Assembly (NCBI GenBank): GCA_030752605.1
Contig: JASMDX010000064.1
Span: 1 to 64,000 of the forward strand
Origin: Alphaproteobacteria bacterium
GTDB taxonomy: Bacteria; Pseudomonadota; Alphaproteobacteria; GCA-2731375
Reading direction: 5' to 3'
Length of the DNA: 64,000 bases
Within the stretch, counting starts at the first letter, position 1; each line of letters opens with the position of its first letter. The notes under the pieces are model-generated. The model had not been told where the DNA came from. It worked only from the letters and a program-made list of their open reading frames with translations, and made no database searches. The translations under genes were made by a program, and so were the position numbers. Below, in pieces: positions 1 through 9,550 of this stretch.

Positions 1-197
1 GGGGAATCACAATCGAGCCGAAAAGTGAATCAGAAACGCAAGAAGACGATCGCCAACACAGCACTTTCTTGCAATCTCAATTACTTCAAATCGCCGAAAA
101 TCAGAGGCATGGCAACGCTGTCCGAGTTCTTAACAGACGACAAATTGATTCCAATTTTATACTGTTTGATCTAGGCGTTTGGCGCCATAAGTGGCTG

Positions 198-503
198 CTA
201 GTCTACGGCGGTCGCCTCGGCGGCGGGCGCCGCCTTCGCGACGGCGCGTTTCAGGCGGCGTGCCTTGAGGGACAGCTGGCTATCCTTGGCAGCGGTCAAA
301 TAGGCGTCCAGGCCGCCCTTTTTTTCCACCGTACGCAGGGCGGATACACAAACCTTCAAACGGATAGCACGGCCCAGGGCATCCGAGTGCAGCGCCATTT
401 CCTGCACATTCGGCAGGAACCGCCGCCGTGTTTTGTTGTGAGCATGTGAAACGTTATTGCCCGTCAACACGCCTTTACCGGTAAGTTCGCAACGCCGCGC
501 CAT
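198..503 (-). CDS. rpmB: 50S ribosomal protein L28
   Basis: The ORF 198..584 contains the motif [32 protein letters not shown], typical of L28. The start is placed at the internal ATG at 503, giving about 100 aa, the normal L28 length. The stop is TAG at 198-200. Confidence 0.85.
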   Translation of the reverse strand: MARRCELTGKGVLTGNNVSHAHNKTRRRFLPNVQEMALHSDALGRAIRLKVCVSALRTVEKKGGLDAYLTAAKDSQLSLKARRLKRAVAKAAPAAEATAVD

Positions 504-940
504 GATATCAATCGTCCCAATAGATCCGGCGGCGGAAGTACCGGCGGAGCGGCGTTTTTTAGGCAAATCAAAGGCTCGCGTCAAGTACGTTAGCGAGGTG
601 GCGGTGAGAAAAATCGTGGTTGCAGTACAACGCCCAGCCGGGATGCATACACGATATATTTGGCACCGTTCAAGATTATGATCGCCGATTGATTATGTAA
701 TTATTTCGTTGCACGAACATAGTCACCCGAAGACACTCGAAATGAGTAATTTCTGTATCTTACGACGCGCGAACCCGCAGCAACCGTGCGGCGGCAACGT
801 ATCTGCAAGGGATGAAGCCGTTACTGATCGAAAACGGGCCAACCAAATTGCTATTTCGGTCGTGCTAAACTTTCCTGGCCTCATCCGGATTTTGATAGGG
901 GCGCAAGATGAAGAAGCAGAATTTTACGGCATAGTCGGGC

Positions 941-1132
941 ATGGCTGCGTTAACAGTATTATTGTCGGCCTGTTTCGACGACCCTGATGTAGGGCTGCAA
1001 TCGGTAACAGCAGCCCCGGAAGGCATTATGCCGACTGGGCTCATGATAAAAGACAATGCCACGGGTCCTGCGGCAAGAGGTCAATTTGCACTTATGAGTA
1101 TGGGCCAGCTCAAGAAAGCACTGCAGGATTAA
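941..1132 (+). CDS. small putative lipoprotein (63 aa)
   Basis: The ORF begins MAALTVLLSAC, a signal peptide followed by an LSAC lipobox-like cysteine. It lies in a lower-GC gap between rpmB and meaB. No homology assignment is possible. Confidence 0.2.
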   Translation: MAALTVLLSACFDDPDVGLQSVTAAPEGIMPTGLMIKDNATGPAARGQFALMSMGQLKKALQD

Positions 1133-1147
1133 GGTGGCATCACGATA

Positions 1148-1249
1148 CAGATGCGGTAGCAGATCCAGATCAACCGCCTTTTCAATAAACGCGTCGACGT
1201 ACTGGCCGAGACCGCCTGCCTCCAACCAACTTCCGATATCGTCCGCCAC
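1148..1249 (-). pseudogene. SAM (sterile alpha motif) domain N-terminal remnant
   Basis: The first about 34 aa of ORF 959..1249 read MADDIGSWLEAGGLGQYVDAFIEKAVDLDLLPHL. This matches the W-L-x-x-L-G-L-x-Q-Y-x-x-x-F start of bacterial SAM domains, as in rhizobial adenylate cyclases, and then diverges. No catalytic domain follows. Confidence 0.3.
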
Positions 1250-1344
1250 GGCGTCCCATCCCTTTTGCAGAGGGATTATAGCATATTATGACTTTTTCGC
1301 GGCGCTGAAGATGCCGTCAGCCTTCCTGCTATCCAATGGAAGCT

Positions 1345-2337
1345 TCAATCCGCCCGCTTCAAAAACGCCGCAAGAATTTCCCGTGCCGCCGCCGATGGCG
1401 TGATCTCGCCCGCGCCGACCTGTTCCTCGCGCGCCGCGATCAACGGAGCCAGAGCCTCGCCCGATTTCAATTCGGCCATTAGGTCATCCTGAATTTCTTC
1501 CCACAGCCAGCGCCGGGCCTGGGCGGCGCGGCTAGCCTGGCCATCGCCTTTTGCCGTCAGAACTGTCTGCAAACGCTGCATGGCCTGCCAGATCTCGGCC
1601 AGGCCCTGCCCCCGCAAGGCCGAAGCCAACAGGACCTCGACCTCCCAGCCCGGCGTTTTTGGCCGGATCAGATTGAGGGCATTCCGGTAGTCCGCCGCGG
1701 CATGGTTGGCGGCATCGACAAAAGCACCGTCAGCCTTGTTCACCACCAACAGATCTGCCAGTTCCATGATGCCGCGCTTGATGCCCTGCAATTCATCGCC
1801 GCCCCCCGGCGCCACCAACAGCAGGAACATATCAACCATGTCAGCGACCGCGTATTCCGACTGTCCCACGCCGACAGTCTCGACGATCGTTACGTCATGG
1901 CCGGCCGCCTCCACCAGGGCCATGGCCTCGCGGGTGCGCCGGGCCACGCCGCCCAGGGAACGCCCGGCCGGCGAGGGCCGGATAAAGGCGTTGGGGGCGC
2001 GGGATAAATCCTCCATGCGGGTTTTGTCGCCCAGGATGGAGCCGCCGGTGCGTGACGACGACGGATCCACCGCCAGCACCGCGATCCGCAAGCCCAGGGC
2101 CGTAAGGTGGCCGCCAAACGCCTCGATAAATGTTGACTTACCGACCCCCGGCGCTCCGGTAATGCCAATGCGGATGGACGTCTTGGTGTTTCCGGGCAAG
2201 ACCGCCAACAGTGCCTCGGCCTGGCGGCGGTGATCGGGGCGGGTCGATTCCACCAGCGTGATGGCGCGCGCCAGCGTGCGGCGGTCACCCGCGGCAACGG
2301 CCGCAGCCATGGCGATAGCATCAAAATCTTGTTTCAT
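1345..2337 (-). CDS. meaB: methylmalonyl-CoA mutase-associated GTPase MeaB (ArgK/LAO-AO transport ATPase family)
   Basis: The ORF has a Walker A motif GITGAPGVGKST, the VETVGVGQSE switch and the VVNKAD G4 motif. The start is taken at the internal ATG at 2337 (MKQDFDAIA...), giving about 330 aa. The upstream extension of the ORF is probably not translated. Confidence 0.8.
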   Translation of the reverse strand: MKQDFDAIAMAAAVAAGDRRTLARAITLVESTRPDHRRQAEALLAVLPGNTKTSIRIGITGAPGVGKSTFIEAFGGHLTALGLRIAVLAVDPSSSRTGGSILGDKTRMEDLSRAPNAFIRPSPAGRSLGGVARRTREAMALVEAAGHDVTIVETVGVGQSEYAVADMVDMFLLLVAPGGGDELQGIKRGIMELADLLVVNKADGAFVDAANHAAADYRNALNLIRPKTPGWEVEVLLASALRGQGLAEIWQAMQRLQTVLTAKGDGQASRAAQARRWLWEEIQDDLMAELKSGEALAPLIAAREEQVGAGEITPSAAAREILAAFLKRAD

Positions 2338-2395
2338 ACAGTTTCTCGTTCCGGGCGCACCATAGCCAATCAAGGCCATAGCGCCAAGTATTGGG

Positions 2396-2680
2396 GTGCC
2401 AAGCATCGATCCCCTGCCACGGGGAGTGCGGCCAGAAGCGCCGCTTGGAGACAGCCGCAGGGGCACTGAAGCACGATTGTTGTTCATGGGCAGGCTCAGC
2501 CATGAAAAAGGTATCGGCAAGCTTTTCGAGGCCCTAAGCAGCGGTGCCCTGGCCAATCTCGACTGGACGGCGGTAATCGCGGGCGATGACAAAAATTACC
2601 GCCCGATGATTTCAAACACCCTGGAATTCTGCCCCCATTTGGTGTACCCGATAGAACATGGAGAAGGCAAAGCATCATGA
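2396..2680 (+). pseudogene. glycosyltransferase family 1 fragment (about 94 aa of the C-terminal domain only)
   Basis: The motif LLFMGRLSHEKGIGKLFEAL...VIAGDD resembles the start of a GT1 C-terminal domain. No N-terminal domain is present, because only 60 nt separate it from the meaB start. It ends prematurely, and its TGA overlaps the hldE ATG (ATGA). Confidence 0.35.
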
Positions 2681-4191
2681 ACGATAGTCCGGCAATGCTT
2701 AGGCTGTTGGAGCGGTTCCATTTGGCACGGATCATCTGTCTAGGCGATCTGATGCTGGACCGCTATGTCTATGGCACCGTCGAGCGTATCTCGGCGGAGG
2801 CGCCGATCCCCATTATTCGGGACGAACGGAACGAGAGCGTGCTGGGCGGCGTCGGCAACGTGGCACGCAATATCGCCGCCGCCGGCGGCCAGGCTCATCT
2901 GCTGGCCCTGAACGGTGATGATGCCGCGGGCGCCGAAGTGGCCGCACAGCTTGCGGCCATGGCCGGTGCTGGCGCCGGGATTAGTACCGATCTGGTAACC
3001 CGTCCGGGCCGGCCGACGACGGTTAAAACCCGTTATATAGCGGCCGGCCAGCAATTGCTGCGGGCGGACCGGGAAACCACTGATGCCATCAACACCGCCG
3101 ACGGCGAGACGCTGCTGTCCCATCTGGATGCCGCCCTGACCGGGGCCGAAGTGCTGGTATTGTCGGACTATGGCAAGGGCGTCCTGAGCGATGATCTCCT
3201 CGCCGCCGCCATCGCACGTGCCCGCGCCGCTAACGTCACCACGGTCGCCGATCCGAAACGCCATGACCTCTCGGCCTATGGGGGAGTGGATTTCTTAAAG
3301 CCGAACCGGGCCGAACTGACCGCTGCCACCGGGCTGCCGTGTGACAGCGACGAACAAGTTACCCGCGCCGCCCGTGCCGTGATGCAACAATGCGATATTG
3401 GCGCCATACTGGTCAGCCGCTCGGAACAGGGCATGAGCCTTATCACCAAGGACGGCGATCCGGTGCATCTGCCCGTGCGCGCGCCGGAAGTCTTCGATGT
3501 CTCGGGCGCCGGCGATACGGTGGTAGCCATTTTCGCCCTGGCGCTGGCCGCCGGCTCCGCGCCCATGCTGGGCGCGCAACTGGCCAATCTGGCCGGCGCC
3601 ATCGTCGTGGGCAAGGTCGGCACCGCCGCCGTAAGCCAGGACGAATTGGCCAACGGCGTCCTAAGCGCCGATCTGACCCGGTCCGAAGACAAGGTCGTTT
3701 CCGCCGCCATGGCCGGGGCCGATGTGGAACGCTGGCGAGCCAATGGCTTGCGGGTCGGTTTCACCAACGGTTGTTTCGATCTGCTGCATCCCGGCCATAT
3801 TTCGCTTTTGAATGAGGCCAAGAGCCTTTGCGACCGCCTGATCGTCGCCATCAATGACGATGCCTCGGTGCGGCGCCTGGGAAAGGGTGAAGGCCGCCCG
3901 GTACAGGCGGAGGCCGCGCGCGCGCTAGTGCTGGCTTCGCTGGCCACGGTCGACCGGGTTTTGATATTCGCCGAAGACACGCCTATCCCCTTGCTGGAAC
4001 AGTTGCGCCCGGACGTCCTGATCAAGGGTGGCGACTACGACATCGCGGGTGTGGTCGGGGGCGATATCGTGCAGGCCTATGGCGGCGATGTGAAGCTAGC
4101 GGGTTTCCTCGACGGACACAGCTCCACCGCCGTGATAGCGCGCATGGACGCGGGTGCAGGCGACAAAACCGATTCGGGCGGCGGGAATTGA
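2677..4191 (+). CDS. hldE: bifunctional D-glycero-beta-D-manno-heptose-7-phosphate kinase / heptose-1-phosphate adenylyltransferase
   Basis: An N-terminal ribokinase-like domain (GAGD) is followed by the C-terminal cytidylyltransferase motif FTNGCFDLLHPGHISLL. The product is 504 aa. Confidence 0.9.
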   Translation: MNDSPAMLRLLERFHLARIICLGDLMLDRYVYGTVERISAEAPIPIIRDERNESVLGGVGNVARNIAAAGGQAHLLALNGDDAAGAEVAAQLAAMAGAGAGISTDLVTRPGRPTTVKTRYIAAGQQLLRADRETTDAINTADGETLLSHLDAALTGAEVLVLSDYGKGVLSDDLLAAAIARARAANVTTVADPKRHDLSAYGGVDFLKPNRAELTAATGLPCDSDEQVTRAARAVMQQCDIGAILVSRSEQGMSLITKDGDPVHLPVRAPEVFDVSGAGDTVVAIFALALAAGSAPMLGAQLANLAGAIVVGKVGTAAVSQDELANGVLSADLTRSEDKVVSAAMAGADVERWRANGLRVGFTNGCFDLLHPGHISLLNEAKSLCDRLIVAINDDASVRRLGKGEGRPVQAEAARALVLASLATVDRVLIFAEDTPIPLLEQLRPDVLIKGGDYDIAGVVGGDIVQAYGGDVKLAGFLDGHSSTAVIARMDAGAGDKTDSGGGN

Positions 4192-5369
4192 CGATGACGG
4201 CAGCCGACGTTCGGGTCGACGTCGTCATTATCGGCGGCGGCATCGCCGGCCTTTGGCTACTCGATACATTACAAGACGCCGGCTACTCCGCCCTGGTCCT
4301 TAACAAGGGTGCCCTGGGCCAAGGGCAATCCATCGCGGCCCAAGGCATCATTCATGGTGGCACCAAATATTTCGGCGAGTCCGCCGTGCCCGATCTAGCG
4401 CCCATGCCGGAACGTTGGCGGGCCAGTCTTACCGGCCAGAAAGGCCCCGACCTTAGCGCGGCGACAGCCTTGGCCGACGCCATGCTGATGTGGGTGCCGC
4501 CGCAACCCGCCGGCGCCATATTAACCGGCTTCGCCAAAGGCATGATGCGCCGCAGGATGCGAAAGCGCGCCGCTGGCGACCGCCCCTCGGTATTGCCCCA
4601 AGATAGTAGCGGCGATCTGTTGGATGTTGACGAAGCGGTCATCGACGTGCCGTCGGTTCTAACCGCATTGCGAAACCTGCATTCCGAGCGGGTCCGCGCT
4701 TTGCCCGCAGGTGACGCCCCACGCCTGGCTGAACATGACGGCGGCATGGAGATCACTGCCGGTCCGGCCAAGATCTATGCACAACGGCTGATCCTGGCAG
4801 CGGGCGCGGGTAACGAAAAACTGTTAGCCGCCGCCGGAATGAAGGAAATCGCCTGCCAACGCCGTCCATTGCGGCAAATAATTATTCGTGGCATGGCGCA
4901 GCCCATCTATCTCCATTGCATGGGCCTGAACCCGAAACCCTTGGCGACCGTAACCTCGCACCCGGACGGCGCCGGGGGTTATTATTGGTATGTTGGCGGC
5001 CTATTGGCGGAGCAGGGTGTGGCCCAGACGCCGGAACAATTGATAGCGACAGCAAAGGGCGAATTGTCCCAGCTATTGCCGGGAGCTGATTTTTCCAAGG
5101 CGGCATGGTCAACCTTTCACGTCGACCGCGCGGAACCCACCGGCCATGGCGGTCTGCGGCCCTCATCCGCAATAGCCCGCCGCAAAGGCGCAGTGATCGT
5201 CGGATGGCCCACGAAACTGGCCCTGGCACCGGTGCTGGGGGACAAGATCTTGGCTATGTTGCGAGCGGAGGCACTGCATCCCGGCGCCGATGAAATAGGC
5301 GGCCTCGCCGCCCTGCCCGCACCCGGTATCGCGCCACCGCCTTGGCGGGAGGCACGGCAATGGAGCTGA
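4188..5369 (+). CDS. FAD-dependent oxidoreductase
   Basis: The N-terminal Rossmann motif is VVIIGGGIAGLW. Its start overlaps the hldE stop (ATGA). Confidence 0.7.
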   Translation: MTMTAADVRVDVVIIGGGIAGLWLLDTLQDAGYSALVLNKGALGQGQSIAAQGIIHGGTKYFGESAVPDLAPMPERWRASLTGQKGPDLSAATALADAMLMWVPPQPAGAILTGFAKGMMRRRMRKRAAGDRPSVLPQDSSGDLLDVDEAVIDVPSVLTALRNLHSERVRALPAGDAPRLAEHDGGMEITAGPAKIYAQRLILAAGAGNEKLLAAAGMKEIACQRRPLRQIIIRGMAQPIYLHCMGLNPKPLATVTSHPDGAGGYYWYVGGLLAEQGVAQTPEQLIATAKGELSQLLPGADFSKAAWSTFHVDRAEPTGHGGLRPSSAIARRKGAVIVGWPTKLALAPVLGDKILAMLRAEALHPGADEIGGLAALPAPGIAPPPWREARQWS

Positions 5370-6130
5370 GATCGCTTGGCCCAAGAGGTCCCTCGGTCAG
5401 TGCCCTGGCCCTGGGCAGCACCAAATTCGGCCGCCGCGAAGGCGTCAAATATCCCAATGATTTTGCCTTGCCCTCCGATGGCCAACTGGCCGATCTATTG
5501 GCGCTGGCAAAGGCAGAAGGCGTCAACCTGGTGGATACCGCGCCCGCCTACGGCAGCAGCGAAACGCGCATCGGCGTCCTGATCGGCGCCGACGAACATT
5601 GGCGGATCGCCACCAAGGTGGGCGAGACATTCGTTGATGGGTGCTCCCATTTTGATTTCTCACCTAGCGCCATCCGCACCAGCGTGGAACGTAGCCGGCG
5701 GCATTTGCGCCGGGACGTGCTTGACATCGTGCTGCTGCATTTGTCCGATAACGACAGCGAAATTCTACGAGACGGCGCCGCTGTCGAGACTTTGTTGGAG
5801 CTGCGCGAAAAAGGCGTGATTACCGCCGTTGGGGCATCAACGAAAAATCTCGCGGCGGGGCTGGTGGCCGTGGAACAATGCGATCTGGTGATGATTACCT
5901 TGAACCCGGCGGATCAAACGCAGCAGCCGGTGTTGACGACGGCACATGACGCCGGCAAGGGGATCTTAATAAAAAAGCCGTTGGATAGCGGACATCACGA
6001 CAATATACCCGATGCCTTGGCGGGTTTGGTACAAGAAGCAGGTGTTAGCAGTGTCGTCGTGGGAACGATCAACCCCGCTCACCTGGCCGACAATTGCACG
6101 GCCGTTCGACGGGCACTGAGCAGTGAATAA
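5360..6130 (+). CDS. aldo/keto reductase family oxidoreductase
   Basis: The AKR-type motifs LVDTAPAYGSSE and IGASTKN are present. The start is taken at ATG 5360, preceded by GGGAGG; the six-frame ORF starts at a TTG at 5342. Confidence 0.75.
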   Translation: MELRSLGPRGPSVSALALGSTKFGRREGVKYPNDFALPSDGQLADLLALAKAEGVNLVDTAPAYGSSETRIGVLIGADEHWRIATKVGETFVDGCSHFDFSPSAIRTSVERSRRHLRRDVLDIVLLHLSDNDSEILRDGAAVETLLELREKGVITAVGASTKNLAAGLVAVEQCDLVMITLNPADQTQQPVLTTAHDAGKGILIKKPLDSGHHDNIPDALAGLVQEAGVSSVVVGTINPAHLADNCTAVRRALSSE

Positions 6131-6229
6131 GAAGTCGCCAAAGAAAAAGGTTCGGGCATAGGAACGATGGTAAGGCGGCGGCCGGCCTGGCGCTTGGCTC
6201 CCGCCTGTTTTCCCGCCGTCCGGAAGCGG

Positions 6230-6670
6230 TCAAGGCCCCGGGTCCTCCCAACGCCTGAGACGTTTCGCGGCTGCGCGGGCAAAGCGCAGGGTAACCTCGC
6301 GCCGCCGGCTGGCATGCAGCGCCTTGGAGTTGCCAGGCGCCGGACGGGCGATATCGCCAGAATAGGCATCAGCCAGAATTATTCCCGGTTCGTCAGGTAA
6401 TATCTCTACTGGAAAGTCCAGGGGTACCGCGAAATAGAACAGATCGCAATAGTCGAGATATTCCGGCCATTTCTGATCCGATCTAAAATCCACCACGCTG
6501 CACTTGATCTCGACAATAGCGATGCGGCCCTTGCGGTCGATTCCGGCCAGATCGGCCCGGCGGCCGGAGCGCAGGGTAAATTCGGTCAGACTGTCATAAC
6601 CCAGATGGGTCAACAGCCGGCCCACGCCACGGGCCAATTTCTGTGCCGTGTCATTGCGGGGCGCCGCCAT
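6230..6670 (-). CDS. mmcB: MmcB-family DNA repair protein (PD-(D/E)XK nuclease fold)
   Basis: The core ADLAGIDRKGRIAIVEIKCSVVDFRSD is typical of MmcB-like putative endonucleases from alphaproteobacteria. Confidence 0.55.
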   Translation of the reverse strand: MAAPRNDTAQKLARGVGRLLTHLGYDSLTEFTLRSGRRADLAGIDRKGRIAIVEIKCSVVDFRSDQKWPEYLDYCDLFYFAVPLDFPVEILPDEPGIILADAYSGDIARPAPGNSKALHASRRREVTLRFARAAAKRLRRWEDPGP

Positions 6671-6678
6671 AAAGGATG

Positions 6679-7041
6679 CTAACCCCGTTGGATCAGGTAT
6701 TTGGGATTTGCCAGGGCGATCTTGTCCTCGGCGGTCTTGCGCAGATGGTCGAGCACCGCGCCCCGCTTGTCATCCATCTCTCCCGAACGAATGGCTCGTG
6801 ACAGGGCTGCGTTCATCTCTCCCAGGTCGCTGTCCTGACCCAACAGATCCCGCAAGCGCTCCAACTCGGCAGCATCCATGGGGCCACCTTCCGCCATGGT
6901 TCGTTCAACAATCGCCAGGGCATTAATGGCGACCCGGGTGTGAAAGGCCAGCTGCCCTTCAACATTCGGGGTAACATGATCGGCCAGGAATTCGCGCACC
7001 GCCTCAACCAGTTCGGCGGCGGTGGGTCTATCGGTCGGCAT
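6679..7041 (-). CDS. DUF6285-like small protein partnered with phosphotransferase genes
   Basis: This 120-aa acidic protein sits immediately downstream of two APH-like kinase genes (19-nt gap). This arrangement is recurrent in Proteobacteria and Actinobacteria. Confidence 0.5.
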   Translation of the reverse strand: MPTDRPTAAELVEAVREFLADHVTPNVEGQLAFHTRVAINALAIVERTMAEGGPMDAAELERLRDLLGQDSDLGEMNAALSRAIRSGEMDDKRGAVLDHLRKTAEDKIALANPKYLIQRG

Positions 7042-7059
7042 TCTTAGGTCCTTCCATGC

Positions 7060-8106
7060 TCAATCAAGCAATTGCAACAGATCGTATTCGGTTTCCGCCG
7101 CCCTACGGCCGATGCCGGCATATTCAACGGTGCGCTGCTCCCCATCAAGATGGGTAAAGCAGAGGATCATGCACAGGATGCCCCAGCGCAGGGTGCCAAA
7201 GACCTGCCAGAAGTAGATTTCCTCCGCATCAAGACGGCCACCGCCAGCTGCTTCATAACCGTCAATCATATCGGCAACATCGCCAAAACCGCCGACGATG
7301 TTGTCGTGATAGCCATAGCGCCAGGAGCGCACGCACATCCAGCCAAGGTCGCTGCCGGGATTGCCCAGATGGGCGGATTCCCAATCCAGCACGCCGATCA
7401 GGCCGTCCCGATCGACCAGAATATTGCCATTGCGGAAATCCCCATGGCAGAGCGCATAACGCTCGCCCGCCAATTCCAAACGTTCCTGCAACCAGCGAAA
7501 GCCGTATTCAAAACCGGCATGGGGTTGGTGAAAGGAATCCATGATGGCACGGTAATGCAGCAATTCCTCGGCCGCCGGCAAACCCCGCATGGCAGGCAGA
7601 TTCTCCATAGGAATCGTGTGGAAGCGCCCAGCCGCATGGCCAATTTGATAGGCCAGCTTTGGCCGGGCGCGGGCATAGGCATCGTCCCGTACGATCCGCC
7701 GGCCCAGGGCCTCACCCACCAGACGATGGCTAAAGAAGCCTTCAGTGGTACGTTCGGCTTTGTGTAAAAAGAACGGCACCTTGGGCATGGGCACACCGAC
7801 CTCGCCGGCTAGCTGCAGCAACCGTCCCTCGACCAAGCGCCCCACGTTCAAGCGGCCTTCGGGCACGCCTTCGAACTTCTTTTCTACCTGGCGGTCCATG
7901 GGATCGCGCTTCAAGATCAAGGGCTGGCGCGCGCCATCAGGCTTCAGGGCATCAAACGACCAGGTCTCGCGGCTGGCCCCGCCGGACAGACGGGCCAGAC
8001 CCTCGACCTCGGTGCCCGTACCATATTCCTCGGCCAACCTCTCGCACAAAACCGCCGCCAACTGTTCGCCAGCGCTAAGTTTTGGGTCTTGCACCGCCTC
8101 GGCCAT
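7060..8106 (-). CDS. phosphotransferase family protein (APH-like kinase fold), copy 1
   Basis: The motifs RLSGGASRETWSF, LILKRDP and the Brenner-type catalytic loop CHGDFRNGNILVD are present. The start at 8106 overlaps the upstream paralog stop as TGATG. Confidence 0.75.
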   Translation of the reverse strand: MAEAVQDPKLSAGEQLAAVLCERLAEEYGTGTEVEGLARLSGGASRETWSFDALKPDGARQPLILKRDPMDRQVEKKFEGVPEGRLNVGRLVEGRLLQLAGEVGVPMPKVPFFLHKAERTTEGFFSHRLVGEALGRRIVRDDAYARARPKLAYQIGHAAGRFHTIPMENLPAMRGLPAAEELLHYRAIMDSFHQPHAGFEYGFRWLQERLELAGERYALCHGDFRNGNILVDRDGLIGVLDWESAHLGNPGSDLGWMCVRSWRYGYHDNIVGGFGDVADMIDGYEAAGGGRLDAEEIYFWQVFGTLRWGILCMILCFTHLDGEQRTVEYAGIGRRAAETEYDLLQLLD

Positions 8107-9149
8107 CAATCCACCAATTGCAACATATCGTATTCGCCCTCGATAGAACGGCGGCCAATAGAGATTTTTTCGACCGAGCGTTCCCGCCCCTCGATATGGG
8201 TAAAGGCCAGCATCATACAAATCACGCCCCAGCGCATGCAGCCAAACACTTCCCAAAAATGTAGCGTCTCCAACGAGATCCGGCCGCCGCCGCCCGCTTC
8301 ATAGCCATCCAGCAAATCCTGCACCGGACCGAAACCGCCCACCGGGTTGTCGTAATAGCCATAACGCCAAGCCCGGATACAGATCCAGCCCAGATCAGAG
8401 ACAGGGTTGGCCAGATGGCCCAACTCCCAATCCAGCACCCCACGCAAACCGTCACCATCAACCAGCAGATTACCGTTGCGGTAATCGCCGTGGGAGAGGC
8501 CGATCTGATCGCCGGCCAGTTCCAGCCGCTCGCGCAGCCAATGGATGCCGTATTCAAAACCAGCGTGGGGCTGTTTCACCGAATCCATCACGGTGAGGTT
8601 ATAATCCAGAGCCTCTGCCGGAGTAAATCGGCGCAGCTCCGGCAGGCGCTCTATAGGAATATTGTGAAACCGCGCCGCCGCCTCACCGCATTGAAATGCC
8701 AGTTTGGGCCGGGCATTGGCAAATTCATCCTCGCGCACGATGCGCCGGCCCAGAGCCTCGCCTTCTAAACGCTGCATCACGAAGCCCGCCGTAGTGCACT
8801 CGTCGGCAGCCAAAAAAAACGGTACTTCCGGCACCGGCACGCCAACTTCGCCGGCCAACTGCATCAGGCGCCCCTCGGTCCAGCGGTCGACGCTAAATTT
8901 CGTGTCGGCCCCGCCCAGCTGGTTTTCCAGCTTCTCATCCAGGGGGTCACGTTTCAGGATCAACGGCTTGCGCCCGCCATTGAGCAACAAAGCGTCAAAC
9001 GACCAGGTCTCCCGGCTAGCCCCGCCTGAGAGGCGCACCAGGCCATCGATTGTGGTGCCGTGGCCATAGACCTCGATCACCCGCTCCTCCAGTACAGCGG
9101 CCAGGTTCTGGGTCTGAATTTCGCCCTTGTTTTTTGTTGTGTTAGCCAT
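8106..9149 (-). CDS. phosphotransferase family protein (APH-like kinase fold), copy 2
   Basis: This is a paralog of 7060..8106 with the same motifs, including SHGDYRNGNLLVD. The start is taken at ATG 9149 (MANTTKNK). Confidence 0.75.
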   Translation of the reverse strand: MANTTKNKGEIQTQNLAAVLEERVIEVYGHGTTIDGLVRLSGGASRETWSFDALLLNGGRKPLILKRDPLDEKLENQLGGADTKFSVDRWTEGRLMQLAGEVGVPVPEVPFFLAADECTTAGFVMQRLEGEALGRRIVREDEFANARPKLAFQCGEAAARFHNIPIERLPELRRFTPAEALDYNLTVMDSVKQPHAGFEYGIHWLRERLELAGDQIGLSHGDYRNGNLLVDGDGLRGVLDWELGHLANPVSDLGWICIRAWRYGYYDNPVGGFGPVQDLLDGYEAGGGGRISLETLHFWEVFGCMRWGVICMMLAFTHIEGRERSVEKISIGRRSIEGEYDMLQLVD

Positions 9150-9248
9150 CACCGTCTGGCATCCGTCCACCCGTAATACTATACAAGTCCATAGGATAGA
9201 GGGAGAGAGGGAAGCAAGGCAATTGGCAACAGCGATGATGAACGCCTT

Positions 9249-9548
9249 TTGCGCCTGTCACCGCAAGACAATGTGGCGGTGCTGGTCCAATCGGTCAGCC
9301 AGGGCGAGCGCCTGTTGCTGGGCGGACAAGAACTGGTGCTGCCCTCCGATTTGGCCCTGGGGCACAAGCTGGCTCTCAGGCCACTGGCGGTTGGCGATAC
9401 GGTAATCAAATACGGCACGCTCATCGGCTCCATCACCCAGGCCGTCGCCGCCGGCGGGCATGTGCATAACCACAATCTGAAAAGTGATTACATCGCCAAC
9501 CATTCCGAAGATGATCCTTACGAAGCCGACCTTGAAGTGGAGCCCTAG
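9249..9548 (+). CDS. UxaA/GarD-family (altronate/galactarate dehydratase) small SAF-domain subunit
   Basis: The 99-aa N-terminal SAF-like segment, with HKLALRPLAVGDTVIKYG, matches the split form of UxaA-family hydratases. Confidence 0.55.
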   Translation: MRLSPQDNVAVLVQSVSQGERLLLGGQELVLPSDLALGHKLALRPLAVGDTVIKYGTLIGSITQAVAAGGHVHNHNLKSDYIANHSEDDPYEADLEVEP

Positions 9549-9550
9549 AC

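Noticed and set aside
1706-2324. Long plus-strand ORFs (175 and 101 aa) and a minus-strand ORF of 144 aa inside meaB
   Set aside because: They are antisense or out of frame to a well-supported GTPase gene. They are Pro/Arg/Ala-rich, as is typical of GC-rich shadow frames.
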